From Ginglymostoma cirratum (lineage: Eukaryota), in the NCBI GenBank assembly GCA_024137785.1, contig JAHRHZ010000075.1, positions 4,949,068 through 5,013,067 on the forward strand: DNA of 64,000 nucleotides. The letters run 5' to 3'. A program made the position numbers and the translations under genes. A model generated the notes under the pieces. It saw nothing but the letters and a program-made list of their open reading frames with translations, made no database searches and was not told the origin of the DNA. Every line of letters starts with the position of its first letter. The stretch's first letter is position 1. Shown one piece after another: positions 49,650 to 63,700 of this stretch.

Positions 49650-50490
49650 GATCGCACCCTGTAACTGATGAAGTGCCATAAGCATCAGTGCTGGGGCCAA
49701 AATTATTTACAACATGTAGTGATGACTCAGATGATGGAAGTGAATATACTTCTTCAGAAGATTCACAAAATGAAGAAGGCTCACTGGACTCAAAACATTA
49801 GCTCTGCTTTCTCTCCACCGACACTGCCCAAGTTGCTGAGCTTTTTCAGCATTTTCTGTCTTTGTTTCGTATTTTCAGCATATGCAGTGCTTTCTTTTGC
49901 ATTAAAAAAAAGGGAGGCCTTGCTAAAATTGCACAATACCCATGTCGGACCATAGGTGGAATGTTGTGACCAGTTTTGGTTGCCTTATCTAATGGAGGGC
50001 ATTCTGGCGTTAGAAGCAGTCCAGAGAAGATTCACGAGGCTTATCCCATGTATGAAGGAATTTCCTTATTTGTGTGGTTGAGTAGGTTGGGCTTATACTC
50101 AGTGGAGAATGAGAGGAAAGCTTATTTAAAACATACCAAATTCTTAGGGACTTGACAGGGCAATTGTAGAAAGGTTCTTTCCTGTTGTGGGAGAGTATAG
50201 GACCAGAGGGCATAATTAAAAGAGTCTCCCATTTAAGGCAGAGACAAGAAGAAATTTCTTTCTCTCAGAGGGTGGTGAATCTGTGGAATTCTGGATTGAG
50301 TTCTGTGAAGGCTGGGTCATTAAACATATTCATGCTGAGGGAGACAGTTTTCGAATAATTAAGGGAATCAATGGTTATAGGCATAAGGCAGGATAGTGAA
50401 TGTGAGGACTATCAGATCAACCATGATCTCATTCAATGGCAGAGTGGACTCAATGGGCTGAATAGCCTCCTTCTGATCTGATATATGTTT
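49650..50490 (+). mobile_element. CR1 fragments with Penelope terminus at about 49770-49900
   Basis: gtccagagaagattcacgaggctt; ttctttctctcagagggtggtgaatctgtggaattc; family 1 tail in between. Confidence 0.75.
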
Positions 50491-50764
50491 GTAGACCCAT
50501 TCTTAACTCTTTGAAGCAGACTTCCCCCACTGAGTGATTCCTACTCTGGTTTGCTCCTTTTTCTTTCCCTTTGCCAAATCAAAACTTATGAAATTATTAG
50601 TGTCTGCTGGAAATGTTCCCTTATTAAGCTTCCTACCTCATTTGACTGGTTTACACTGCTGTCAAAAATTTTCCTCACTACACTCAAGAACACTTGTCCC
50701 TCCTAGCCCATTACATTACCACCATTCCAGTCTACACAACTGAAAGTCTCCATTATAACCAGAT

Positions 50765-51570
50765 TCATAGAATCATATAGCAAGGAAACAGAGCCTTTGG
50801 TCCAATTCGTCCATGCCGACCAGGTTTAATAATCTGAACCAATCCCATTTGCCTACATTTGTTCCATATCCCTCTATACCTTTCTTATTCATGTACCTTA
50901 ACAAATGTCTTTTATATGTTGTAATTGCACTCGCCTCTACCACTTCTTTTGGCTGTTGTTCCATATGTGCCCCACCCTCTTAAATCTTTGCACTCTGTAA
51001 TTTCCTTACAAATTTGTACCTCTACAATGTTCCCAGTTATTGGTGCTCTGGACTAAATCGAGCAACGTAATTGCATGTTTTTGTACCTCAGCTTCAACCA
51101 GTTTCAGACCTTTACTTCTCTGGGATATCGTCATTCCAGCAGTTATAGTTCTCCTTAATCAATAACCCCTTTCTTTCAGTTCCTTTCCCCTTGAAGAGCT
51201 TGCATCCAAGGATGTTTAATACACAGTCCTGGTCTTTTTTGAGCCAGGTCTCAGTCATTACTACAGCATCACATTTCTTGTGTTTACCTGCATCTGTAAC
51301 TTGCCAATCTTTATTACCATTCTCCCTGCATTCTCATTGATATACATTAAACCTAATTTACACTTTGTTACTTTTCCTGGTATACTGAACCTAATTTATC
51401 ATTACCTGTTCTTGTACTATCTGTCTCTTCCAATATTCCTACCTTGTTATCCCTCTCTACAATTATCCCCGATTCCATATTATTGCCAAATTTGTTTAAA
51501 TCCTCCCAACAGCACTAACGAATCACCCTGCAATGAAATTCATCCTTACTCTGTTTAGCTGCAACGTGTC
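50765..51570 (-). mobile_element. CR1 3' end (50765-50980) plus older antisense CR1 5'/EN fragments
   Basis: catagaatcatatagcaaggaaacagagcctttggtcc tail; gagccaggtctcagtcatt (ETWL on minus). Confidence 0.65.
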
Positions 51571-52224
51571 TAGCTAATATTAATAATTACTACAATTAAC
51601 ATCTTTACTTATTACAATTGAAGTTTTATTCACACTCCAGTGAATCACTGATGTTGCTAATATTGTAACAATACTAAGTCATTTTGTTTCATTGAACTAA
51701 CAGTACAGTCTCCAATCCAGTCAAATGTTCCTTATTTCTTTCTCTCAACCAATGGCCAGTACTCAGTTTCACAAATTCAGGAGTGTGATACTTCAGGGAT
51801 AACATGCAGAGAAGCTCTGTGAATCCACTGGAAACCTCAGGAGAGCAGAGTGGATCAGTGTTTACGAAAGTACAGAAGAAGAGACTGAGTTCCATAGGTC
51901 AGTGTGGACTAGTTAGACTAAAGGGTCTGTTTCCATGCTGTATGATTCTATGCTGGCTATTTAAAGAGGGGATGGTCAACATGTATGTTTATAGCTCCCT
52001 TCAACAGGCGGAATAACAGGTGTTCTGTGGTAATGCTGTTCATAATGTAGCAAAGATTTATGCAGAGATTCAGCACCATAATCCACATCTGATTTTTTAA
52101 TAAGTTTTGTGGTTCATGGTTTTTTTATTCAACATATTTCTGCTGAAATGCATCTATTCTCCTCATCAGTATGATGCCTGTTGTTTTATCAATTGATCAA
52201 GGAACAAGTGAAACAAAGATCCAG

Positions 52225-52966
52225 TGGCAGTCAGCGTCAGCTTAAAGAGTGAGTGAAAGGAAGACACAGAGACTGTGTGCTGGTAGTTTAGAATTGCATC
52301 TTCCTCTACTATGGGTAAAGCAGCAAGCTGTTTGCTGAGTATCTGGTGTGTGGTTAAGATCTATTCTATCCCTAACGTTTAAAATAATATAGCAACTGGT
52401 AGTAAGGTTCATGAATTATATAAAACAGGGGGAAGAATAAGGATTATTTAAGTAGTTAATTGTGTAGTTAATAAGGCTGGCAAGATAGGTGCTGTGTCAT
52501 GGCTGCAGTAGGTTAGAACTTCTGGATGCCATAGCAATTCAAGATAAACAGGCCTACAGTGAATGTTCAAAGCTCAAACAGCTTCAGCTCAGAGTTTATG
52601 AGCTGGAAACTGAACTGCAGATATTGCAACACAACAGGCAAAGAAAAGCAACCTGGATAGTTTGTACCAGCTGTTACATCCTTTAGGACAGGCTCATCTG
52701 ATTTTGAATGTGGTAAGTGAAAGGAGGGCGTGACTGCAAGTGAGGCCATTAAGAGGGATCCAGAGGGCAACAGTCAGTTTTAGTGAATGTCCATTCTGCT
52801 TGCTTAGATGTGAGTGCAGGCTGGAGGACGATTGAACCAACTAACCATGGAACCATGGGGAAAATGAAATTATAGAATTATAGTGCCAATAGGAGACAGT
52901 ATAATAATGGGGATGCATACTGTTCTGTGCAGCCAAGAGTGTGAGGCCAGAGGGCTGTGTTGCCTG
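52225..52966 (+). mobile_element. CR1 5' region: ORF1 zinc finger/leucine zipper and SGNH-esterase relic
   Basis: CHGC...ECSKLKQLQLRVYELETELQIL; IGDSIIMG...LC...GLCCL (GDS esterase motif). Confidence 0.7.
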
Positions 52967-53350
52967 AAACGAAAACAGAAATTGCTGGAGAAACCTGACA
53001 GATCTGGCAGCGTCTGTGGAGAGAAAGCAGAGTTAATGTTCCAGGCCGAGTGACCCTTCATCAGAACTGATTGCAGCTCCACTACAAATCCATTGACCTC
53101 CACAGTCACCTGGATTATACAACCTTACACCCATCTTTCTGTAAAGAAAGTCCACCTTTTTCTTCAACTGAATATCCCCACGACCGTGGTTGACAGGGCA
53201 GTCAGTCGCGTTTGATCCATCTCTCGCACTTTGGCCCTCACCTGTTCTCTTCCTCCACAGCACTGATAGGGTCTCCCTGGTCTTCATCTACCACCCCACC
53301 AGCATCCACATCCAAAGGACCATTGCCACCATGATTTCCAATCGCCTTCC
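52967..53350. mobile_element. Penelope inverted terminus (minus, 52967-53070) + plus-strand thumb fragment
   Basis: Minus CTGATGAagggtcactcggcctGGAA; DRVSLVFIYHPTSIHIQR. Confidence 0.8.
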
Positions 53351-54849
53351 CCCCGTACTTCCTGCAATCTCTGACTGTCCTTGCATACATGCCATCTACA
53401 CCTCTATTGTTTTCTTATACCAGCAGGCAGCCTCCTGGCTTGGATCTTAATAAAGAGGAAGTGGTCCCAGGCCTCAGCCTAAAGTTTGAAAAACTGAGCT
53501 ACTTTATGTCTTGGCAGGCTACAAAAAAGAAAAGTTCAAATTCTTAAAAGTTGCAAGGAGAAGAGGAAAGACAAGGTGAATAGAGCATCTGCTCTTTTAC
53601 ATTTTGCTTAAAATTGTATTTGAAATGTTTGCCTAAGTTATTATTTGGGTATTTTATTACTGAAATATATTAGCTGCTTCTGTGTCAATCTATAGGCAGG
53701 GCAAAGTTAAAAACTGCTCGTTTCCTTGAACTTCCTATGAGTCTAAGGGTTAAATAGATAGCAACATACTCAAGTCTGTATGTATGAAAACCTATTATTG
53801 TTCATATAGCACGTAGTGTTGGTGAAAGGCAACACTTTTTCCATCTCAATCTATTGAATACGACAGCAGAATTCTATTGTGGTTTGACATTGAGCCATCT
53901 CGTTATGACAGTGTAGGGGCAGCCAAGTATTTATGCTGTCACTGAATGCAAAATGCAAAAGGCACTACATTATTCAGGACAATTATCTTAATGAATATAT
54001 GTCCTTGCTTTTTGGGTCCATCTGTTTTTTTCTGCTGCTATTGGTATCACCTTATCAAAACATGCATGACATGGAGTAATGTTTCCTGGCATTCACTTCA
54101 TTATTGATTAAAGGAATGTACAACCAAAATCATCTGTTGATATCACTATAAGAGTAGGGCACTGAACTCTATTAAATAGACACTTTCAGTATGACTGCCC
54201 TCAGAAATCACTTTGTCCACCGGCTGAAGCTCTGTCAAGAACCCCATCTGCCTCTTTTATGGAAGGCCTGCCAATTAAGTTGCATTTAACCACTTTGCTG
54301 GACAGTGGTTAACAATCCCTGGGAAAGATCCTGGAGATGGAATCCTTACTGTCAGTAGGTGCTGGCAGTCAGAGGCTAGCAGCTTTATTGACAACCATGT
54401 TGCTGGGATGGTGGTGGCTGCTGTTGTTGTGCCACCCAGCTCAGGCCTAGGATCACAGTGGGTGAGAACATTGGGATGGGAGTCATGGGAGAATGGTGTG
54501 AGAGGGTGTGGCAGCAAGGCAAAAGGGTGGCTTTCATTGAGTGCCTTTGATTAAGTAACTACCAACAACCTCCCCTACCCTGCACCCCAACTCCACCAGG
54601 AGGGCACAAACAATCCTGCACAGGTTTGCTTCTTATCCCACTTCATGCCAGGTCTTCCACACGGCACAGAGTTAATACAAGCAGCCTCTTAAGAGGCTGA
54701 AAGGATAAACCATGGACTTCCCTGTCACTGACTATATTAAGATGGAGGCAGGATCCCAGGCACCACCCTCCCACCTGATTAAATGCCCCCTGACAAGAAA
54801 CTGGTACAGAAAAGGAATTCAATTCTATCCCATGTTAAAAAGGCATCAG

Positions 54850-55180
54850 CCCTAGTAAGACTTGGCATCTAGTTATTCGGAATCTCAGAAGAGATATATT
54901 GGCCACCAAGAGAAAGCTGTAGTCATTCACCAGAATAATAATGGAGGCAGGGTGCGTGGATCCTACTTGTATTCCTGAGAGTTTAGAATAATTAGGTATA
55001 TTTTAACAGGTTTCAATTTTTAAAAGGAATCAGTAGAATAGACACAAAGAACCTGCTTCCTCTTGTAGAGGAATCCAGAATAAGGGGGATACAATCTTAA
55101 AACTGAAATTCAGCTATTCAGGAAGCAATTTTCTCAAATGGTTGTAGAAATCTAAAATTCTTTTTCACAATAAACTGTTA
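54850..55180 (+). mobile_element. Old CR1 fragment
   Basis: ccctagtaagac...; gagtttagaataattaggt; gaggaatccagaataagggg. Confidence 0.5.
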
Positions 55181-55514
55181 CAAATACAGTAGAGCCATAA
55201 AATTCAGTCAGTTGTACCCAGACTTTTGGTTGAAATGGTGCTGTTTCAATCAAAAATTACATCCAAGCAGGCTGTGCATACTTTTGGCATTGGACCCGAT
55301 TTCTGGTAGGTTCTTAGTGGGTGGACTGGAAATGTGTGCCAGATGTAGGCAGTGTAGGCGTCACTCAGCTTGGAATGTAATTTGATTCTAGCAGTGCCAT
55401 TTTCAACCTGACTGCTCCAATGACTGCCCTCTCTCAACTTCATGGACCTGAATATGGACTCAGCAGCAGGAAGACCTGCCCCACCAGAGCTATCCAGAAC
55501 GTCAACTAGAGCTT

Positions 55515-55712
55515 AAGCAGCATCTGCAGTGAGAGAAACAGAGATAACACTTCCAAGTCTGATATGATTCTTCTTCAGTTCCGAACAGCAGTCATACCAG
55601 GCTCGAAATATCGCTCTGCTCCTCTCTCCACAGATGTTGCCAGACCTGCTCTGTTTCTCCAGCATTCTCTGTGTTTGTTTCAGATTTCTAGCAACAGCAA
55701 TATTTTAGTTTC
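55515..55712. repeat. Degenerate head-to-head palindrome of Penelope termini
   Basis: Minus tail 55517-55578 abuts plus terminus 55576-55712 at the hammerhead core. Confidence 0.7.
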
Positions 55713-56279
55713 AGACTAAAGGCTAGTTACCGACTCTGGCTGAGTAAGCAGAAACGTTTGGAGGTATGCTTAGGTTTTGGATTTGGTGAAGTCAACAAGA
55801 GATTCATATACTGAAGGCATTGATTCCAACTTCAAGGGTTCTGCTCAGACTACGTGATCCAAATCATGCTTGGATGTTGTTTCTATACCCTTCAGTTTGC
55901 AGAGAAAATGACAGAAAAGGCAACACCAAGAAGGACAAGCAGTTCAGAGAGGGAAGTGGAGGTGGGGGTGGGGGTTGAAAATGCCCGCATAGAGAAAGCT
56001 CATATCTACCCAAAGTGAATGGCAGCTATTCATGATCCTTCATTCATGCCTCCTCTAGATACAGCTTTTGTTCCTTTTTGTTTGCATCCATCATTAGTTC
56101 CCTTGGACTTTTGCTATCAAGTCTTTTCCTATTTTATCTCTTCTATTCTCCTGCCTTTAACAATCCTTTTAATTTGTGATTCCGTGATTCTTTATTATTT
56201 TTTCTTTTTTGTCTCACTCTTCATCCTTTAATTTACTCAAAACCGAACACATTTCAACTTTATTCCAGCTATGACTTTT

Positions 56280-56475
56280 TAAAAAAAAATTCACTCTTGG
56301 AATCTGAGCATTGCTAGTCTGGACCAGCATTTGTTGCCCATCCTTAACTGCCCAGAGGGTGGTTAGTGTAAACCACATTGTTATGGGCTGTGAGTCACCT
56401 GTAGGCCAGACCAAGTACATATAACAAATTTCCTTCCCTGAAGGGACATTACTGAACCAGATGGGATCTGAAACA
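56280..56475 (-). mobile_element. SINE 3' half (family of 7200/26332)
   Basis: gtaggccagaccaag...ttccttccctgaagggacattactgaaccagatggg. Confidence 0.75.
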
Positions 56476-57479
56476 TCAAGACTGACATTGACAATCCCAA
56501 TATCCATAATGAGCATGGATTCTTCCATGCAGTCAAGACCATTAACATCCCAAATGCCCAAGGACCTATCCACTGAGAGCTAAGAACTGAGCCGCAGAGA
56601 GGCATCAGCATTGGTTGTGCTGAAGACAGCACTTCAAAGTTCTATTTAACCAATCTTCAGTCCTCAATATGGATGTCCTCAACCACATCCCACAGCATAC
56701 TAATATAACCCCCGTACTAAAATACAGCAGACAAGTGCTCTTAACATAATGAATATGTTACATCATTTGGAGGGAGGAGCTGCAACAGTTGTAACTACCT
56801 TTAAAAAAGGAGATAACTTTAGAGGAGTGTCCCCACTGGCTGAAGTGCCCCTACCAGAATCACAACGTGGACTCTACCCATCACAAAACACCTTTAACAC
56901 CTGAAATTACCCATATTGAATGCCTCCCTCCTTAATCCACTGGCTGGCTTTAACTGGGCACCTATGCTGGTTGAGTCCTCTTAATTGGATGTCCCCCCTG
57001 AGCGATTATACCAGCTGCCCCACTCTTGCAATGACCAAAAATCCTGTAAATCCAATATACCAGAGGAAAAAAAATCTAAACGAGCAGGACATGGTGATCT
57101 GACATCCTGCGATCAGCCACAGGCACACCCAATAAATTCCATCCCCTTAGATAATGACTGCCAATAACTTCATTAAGAAGCTCATTTGACTTCCATTACT
57201 GTTAGACAAGTTGCTGAGAAATGTGGGAGGAGGCAGGATCACATCAGTACCCCTGTCTGATGCAATTTAATTTTCGTCTCCAACTCTGCCCCTGTCTTCA
57301 ACAGTTTCATACAATCACTGCCCCTGACAATGCTATAGTGGTGTTTTCCTTGGTTGATTGACCTCTGCATACAGCTTCTACTGGAGATATCAAGATACAT
57401 CTGTCTGGTCCACAAAGGCAGAAGTATAAACCTATATGTATTTCTTGCTATCCAGCTAAGTAATTCAAGTGAAGAGTAA

Positions 57480-58620
57480 AATGCGAAAGAAGCTTCTATG
57501 ATTGCATGGGAAAGTGCGATGGGGAAGCGAGGAAGTCTTTGGAGTGAAGGAAAAGTGAACCAGGATGTCACAGAGGAAATAGATTGCTGACAATGGAGGG
57601 AAGGGAAGATGGTTTTGATGGTGACTTCCTGCTGAAAGTGCCAGAAATGGTGGAGAATGATTTTTTGAACGTGAAGACAAGTGGGGTAGAAAAGGAAGAA
57701 CACTTGTACATTCACCTCCTCCCTCCTCACCATCGAAGGCTCCGAATACACCTTCCAAGTCAAGCAATGTCTTTCAGTCTAACCTTTGGTACTCATTGCT
57801 GACAATAGAGTCTCCTCTACATTGGTGAGAACAAACATAAACTGGGTGACCGTTTTGCGGAACACCTCAGCTCTGTTTATGGGAATGACTCTGACCTCCT
57901 AGTTGCTTCCCATTTCAATAAACCCCTTTACTCTCATGCTGAAGTTTCTGTCTTGGGCCTGCTGCAATGTTCCAAGGAAGCACAGCGCAAGCACAACACT
58001 TCATTTTCTGCTTCGGCACATTACAGCTTCTAGGAGTCGATATTGAACTCCACACGTTCAGAGCCTGACTTCATGATGTTTATTCTCCAATGTTTTTTGT
58101 ATTTTCTATCCACCAACACCCCCATCTAAACTCCCCCAACCCCACCACCCAAGGATCCTTGACCTTCCCTACGCAGCCTTGTCTTTTTTGAGGAAGGGTC
58201 ACTCGACCCTTAGTTAACTCTAATTTCTTTTCGTAGATGCAGCCAGACCTGCTGAGCTATCCCAGCAATTTCAGTTTTTCTTCTTGTCTTCTTTGTGTCT
58301 GGTTTTCTTTGCTCTTAGCAGAGAGGACATTCTCTCCCAATTTAGCTTAATTTGCACCCTTTTTACATCTCCATTTCTCTTTCACCACAATTAACAAGCC
58401 TTTTGTTGTTTTGCATTGGGCCTCCACATCATATATTCTTCCCACTCCTCCATCACCTCTGCCAGAGGTTCATAAAAACATTTATAATCCTTTCAGTTCT
58501 GACTGAAACATTAACTCTGTTTTTCTCTCCACAGATTTCTCTCTCGCACCTGCTGGGTTTCCTCAGCGTTTTTTGTGCTTGTTTCAGATTTACAAATCTG
58601 CAGTATTTTGCGTTTATTTG
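57480..58620. mobile_element. Old Penelope insertion: minus fragment 57480-57705, plus GIY-YIG + terminus 57710-58620, extra terminus 58188-58285
   Basis: FYPTCLHVQKIILHHF (minus); ctctacattggtgagaacaaa (LYIGE) and gcggaacacctc (AEHL) on plus. Confidence 0.8.
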
Positions 58621-58874
58621 AAAGAAGCTGAATTTGGTGGCGATGATATCAGCAGCTATTGGCTGTAAATCAGCTCATTTCAAGATAAGGGATTTAATGA
58701 ATGAGAAAGGCAGTTGTACGCTGTCTGCAGCTTAAATAAGTTCTGAACATCAGACACTCAATGTGCATTACGAAGGAGCCACCAATTTGATTGAAATTTT
58801 TTTCCTACAATAACTATGTGTGTGCACAGTCTTTCAGCATTGTTGGTGCTTCCTAGTAATTTTGTTTTAATTAC

Positions 58875-60010
58875 TTATGGAACCTGGGCATTGCTGACCA
58901 TCTGTCGTTGACCTTGAGAAGATGCAGAGCTACCTTTTTGAATTTCTGCAATGTGCTCTAGGTAAATCCACAATACCAGTAGGGAAAGAATTTCAGGATT
59001 TTGACACCATGACAGAGACGAAACGGTGATATATTTCCAAATCAGGATGGTGAGTGGCTTGGAGTGGAATTTACAAATGGTGGAGTTCCCATTTATCTGC
59101 TGCCCTTTTTCTTCTAGGTTGAAGTGGTCATGTAGGAGGTGCTGTCTAAGGATCTTTGGTGAATTTCTGCAGTGCACCTTGTAGACAACACATGCTGCTG
59201 CTGAGCATCAATGGCGGAGGGAATGAATGCTTTTTGATGTGGTACTAGTCAAGTGAGCTGCTTTGTTCTGGATGGTATCAAGCTTCTTGAGTGTTGATGA
59301 AGCTGAACACTCCAGGCAAGTGAGGAATATTACATCACATTCCTAACTTGTGACTTGTAGATGGTAGACAGGCTTTGTGGAGTTAGGAGGTGAGTTACTC
59401 ACTGCAGGATTCCTGGCCTGAAACCTGCTCTTGTAGCCACTGTATTTATATGGCTAATCCAGTTCAGTTTCTGGTCAATGGTAATCCCCAGGATGTTGAT
59501 AGTTGAGGGTATGTAGTGATGGTAATGCCATTTGAATGCCAAGGGATAATGGTTAGATTTTCTCTTGTCAGTGATGGCCATTGCCTGGCATTTGTGTGGC
59601 ACAAGTGTTACTCACCACTTTTCATTCTAGCTTGGATATTGTCCAAGTTTTTTTTACATCTGGACATTGATTGCTTCAGTATCTGAGGGCTTGTGAATAA
59701 TGCTCAACGTTGTACAATGATCATCGAACATCCCCACTTCTGACCTTATAATGGAGGGAAGGCCATTGATAAAGCAGCTGAAGATGGTTTATCCTAGGAC
59801 ATTACCTTGAGCAATTCCTGCAGAGATGTTCTGGAGCTGAGATGACTGACCTCCAGCAAACACAACCTTTGTGCCAGTTATGACTCCAATAGGCAGAAAG
59901 TTATCTCCCTGGTTCCCATTGAGTCCAGTTTTGCTTGGGCTCCTTGACGCCACACTCAGTCAAATCGATGTCAAGGGCAGTCACTCACACCTCACCACTG
60001 GAATTCATCT
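58875..60010 (-). mobile_element. CR1/L2-group LINE fragment
   Basis: PHKCQAMAI, INILGITIDQKLNWISHINTVA; same family as 13225 and 20150. Confidence 0.85.
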
Positions 60011-60979
60011 CTTTAACATGCTCTGTGCACCAGCTGGTAATGTAATGTGTCCAATGTGCATCACTGCAGGGACTGGCGATTATATTGCTGAACCCATACT
60101 TGGACTATTAATTAATATTCTAAATAAACTGAATTGTTATTATTAGAAAGAAACAAACTTCCGCTTAAGAGGTGCCATAACTTTTAATTGTCTGCAATTA
60201 ATTTTATTGGTTTAATGTTTAGGTTAAATTTATATTACCTTTTGTCTTAATTTGTAGGTCTTGATAAATTTCAGTGATGTGCTGTATTCATTTGTGGATT
60301 ACTAATTCATCCCTGAACAGGATTAGTAGGAAATCAATTTCAATGTGTTCACTTTTAGAGATAGCAAATTAAGTCATAATACTAAATATGAGAATATTAT
60401 TTTGTTATTGGTCATTAGGGATTTAAGATTCACTGAATAGTCAAACAAATACCAGATTCTGAAAAGTTTGGTTCCTAAAGTGTTTTCAGATCAATTTTCA
60501 GTTATAGGACAGTTTCATCTTTATAGAGTAATCATTAACTTAAAAGTACCTTATGGGTTTCTGAACTTCCCAGAGATTCATGCTGTGTTGATTAATTGCT
60601 AATGAATGCTAATGAATGAATGAAGAGAACATATACTAAGATGTACTTAAGAAATGATTGATTTGCCCTAACTATATGCTGTCGCAAGAGAATTCAGTGC
60701 CCCAACATGCAAGCACCTGCATATGACTCCAATACGCCAGTATCAATTACTGTTCCTCAGGTCTTAAAGTAACTATGAAGACTTTAAAATCTTAGGTGTC
60801 CATTGTCATAGCATGAACTGAGCTGTTAGCTGCTAAAGAATAGGCAGGTGCTCTTTCCATCAGAACCCAGTTCAATTTAACATCTGCGCCACATTATTTT
60901 AATATATGGGGTGACATCTTTTGTGAAGAAGACATTAGTTCCATTATCAATGCTGAGCCAAACCACCTGAGATGGGTAT

Positions 60980-61092
60980 TTTTAATCAAACTGTCCAGAT
61001 GTGTTATAACACAACTTTGGAACATGTGGGACTTGAACCCAGTCCTTCTAGCTCAGAGATATAAACACTACCATTGTACCACGGGGACCCCC
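60980..61092 (-). mobile_element. Short tRNA-derived SINE-like element
   Basis: gtgggacttgaaccc and cactaccattgtacca. Confidence 0.7.
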
Positions 61093-61339
61093 AAATCGCT
61101 GGAGGTAAAGAGCTGAGGTCCATCCTATCCTCAATGAAACACAAAGCAATTGGTGGAACCAGGGACAATGACCTATGTTCTCCTAATATAGAGGCCATCA
61201 GAGCAACTATGCATCAAAAGTGAATGTTTTGACCAATATCTTTCACAATTTAATGGGCTATCTAGATACAACAATAATCAAAATGGTAATATTTTGTGTT
61301 GACTAGAAGAACAGTAGGATAGTGGAATGCAGTTTTACA

Positions 61340-61670
61340 AATCTTTGAAGGTGGCAGGCCAAGTTGATAAGGGGTTAAGAAAGCTTCAAGGATCCTTGGC
61401 ATTATAAACAGTTTATTAAATACAAATTCAAGAGAGATATGTTGAAGTATTGTCTTCAATTTGGGGCAGCATGCTTTAAAAGGATTCCTAGTTTTGGAAT
61501 AAGTCCTGAGGAGGTTTAGCAGAATAATATCTGGGATGAAGTGATTTAGTGAAGTGGAAAGATTAAAGAAACTGGAATTGTTCTCTTTAGTACAGACATG
61601 GTTGAGGGGAGACCGAGCAGAGATATTCAAAATTATGAGGATCTTTGCCAGAGGGAGTAGGGAGAAACTA
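61340..61670 (+). mobile_element. Old CR1 fragment
   Basis: ggaattgttctctttag...gttgaggggagac...atattcaaaattatg. Confidence 0.65.
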
Positions 61671-62199
61671 GACTAATATCAACAAGAAAGTTAGGTGGTA
61701 ATGAATCAACCCAAAACATTCAAATAGTTCAGATGTGAAAACAAAACAATGCAGAACATCGGACTTATGTTTAGTTGTATTGGAGGCAGTAAAACTGATC
61801 CACAAGTCAAAGTTTAAACTCGACTCATCTCTTAAAAAGTAGATTTTCAGTTACATATACTGTTCAAAAAACAATTACAGGCAAGGTTGTATAAATGAAG
61901 CAGAAATATTGGCTTTGTGAGTGGATCATTTTAAGGCAAACCATTTGATTGACACCAGTTCAATATACGACCATATGGGATAATTCACAACAATGAATCG
62001 CTGCTTCATCATTGTGTAGATGAAAAAGAAGAAAAGTCCAATGTTTAAGTTATAATGGTTATCTGTTATGTAAGGTCTTTTGTACTGAATTTGAGAAGAA
62101 CTGTACTTGGTATTCATTATGACAGTGAGTTACATGAAATGACCTTATTTTTTCTATATATTAGTTACTAATATTTGTCTAAAATGGATAGTCTTTTTT

Positions 62200-62365
62200 A
62201 ATTGTTCATGAGATGTGGGCATCTCCGGCAAGGCTAGCATTTATTGCACGCTCTCATTGCCCTTGAAGGAGGCATTAGTGTGCCACATTCTGCACTTTGA
62301 ATGATGTTACACCCATGAGATTGCTGTCAAGGGAATTGGAGGATTTTGATCCAACTGCAGTGAAG
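62200..62365 (-). mobile_element. CR1/L2-group LINE 3' tail
   Basis: gatgtgggcatctccggcaaggctagcatttattgc. Confidence 0.6.
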
Positions 62366-63039
62366 ATAACATAAATACCCCTCAAACTACACTTTCAGTT
62401 CATGTTACTTCTCAACCGTATCAGATAACTGCCTTTTACTAGTGTCCCGAAAGAATTTAAATCCTATATGTGTTTGATGCTAAGAGTTGGCTGCTTTAAT
62501 CACATGACTGTGTTGAACAACAACCATCCAGGAACTTCTCAGAAGTCAGAGTAAGCCAGACAATCAACAGCTCATACCTCCTAATATCTCAGTTAGGGAT
62601 CTGCATGGAAAGCATTTAGGCATTCTCTCAGTTGTTATTCTGGTTTGCCTGCCCACCTGGACAGCGGGTTGGCCGCAGTCAGTCTTGAGGGTTTGTGTGA
62701 TGAATGTCAGAGGAGAGGCAGCAGTATCAGGGTACACTGTTGTGGAAAGGAAGTCAGGCCAAGTCAATGTTGCAGATTGGAGGGAGCAACATGGGAATGC
62801 TGAGGGGACATGGGTGGCGAAGACAGAAAATTTGACATATAAGAGGAAGGGGGAGACAGTAGTGCATGGGAAGAGATGGGATCCCAATACGCATTGAGTT
62901 ACATTCCATGATATTTTGACATATAAGTGCATTCTGTGAATCACAAATAGCTGTGGCCACCCCTGGAGTTTGGCTGCTTTCTTTTCTGGATCACAAGGTG
63001 GGTCCACTTCTGAGTGACAGGAGACCCTTCAAGTGGCAA

Positions 63040-63700
63040 TTACATCAATCATCCACTTGTAGAGTACAGATTGAAGAGATTTGGTGTTATATCGTCATGC
63101 ATGTGAAATGTGCATTTCAGGTGCGATTGGTCTTTGCATTTGGCAGTAAAATATCTCTGTGAACTAATCCCAGGCAAACTTAAGGAGGCACCTGTGGGCC
63201 ACAAAGTATAATGGTAATGCAAGAACTGATAGGTTGCACAGGGACACGGAACTGATTCTCTCTCAACTTGCGCAGTAATTATGATGTAAAATGCTCTTGT
63301 ATCCAATGATACTTTTGATGGTGATGTGGGACTGGGAGGAGAAGGGTTCAGTACTCATGTACCATCTGCAATGTCCTACTGTCTCTCTGAGTCACTCATC
63401 AGAGTCCCACTGTACGGAACAGTGTGCAAAGCTCTTATTTAAGAGTGGTGCAAAAGCTGAATGCTCATATGACTAAGGACTTGTTTAGTTTCTTACATTC
63501 CCCACGCAGGCTCATTGCAAGTAAGAGTGATGGATCCAGCCACAGTAGGTGTTACAGTCGCAGTTGAAGATGCAGGAAAAAATGGAAGACGTGTAGATGC
63601 ACCAGAAGCCCAGAATTAGCAGCAACCTGCAGTGATGCTGAGCGCAGAAAGACACCATAGCTGAACATCCTCTCTGGACACACGGGAAAAATGAAAGAGT
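63040..63700 (-). pseudogene. Possible PIF/Harbinger DDE transposase relic
   Basis: Minus-strand traces in expected order: SHITIK (cf. THIAIK), RAFYIIITAQV (cf. KGFHSLNVQLV), LKCTF (cf. LKMRF). Confidence 0.3.

Noticed and set aside
1027-58620. Recurring ~35-bp motif cagatgctgccagacctgctgag as a CRISPR-like repeat
   Set aside because: Dispersed on both strands at irregular kb spacing in a eukaryotic context; it is the Penelope 3' tail; no cas genes
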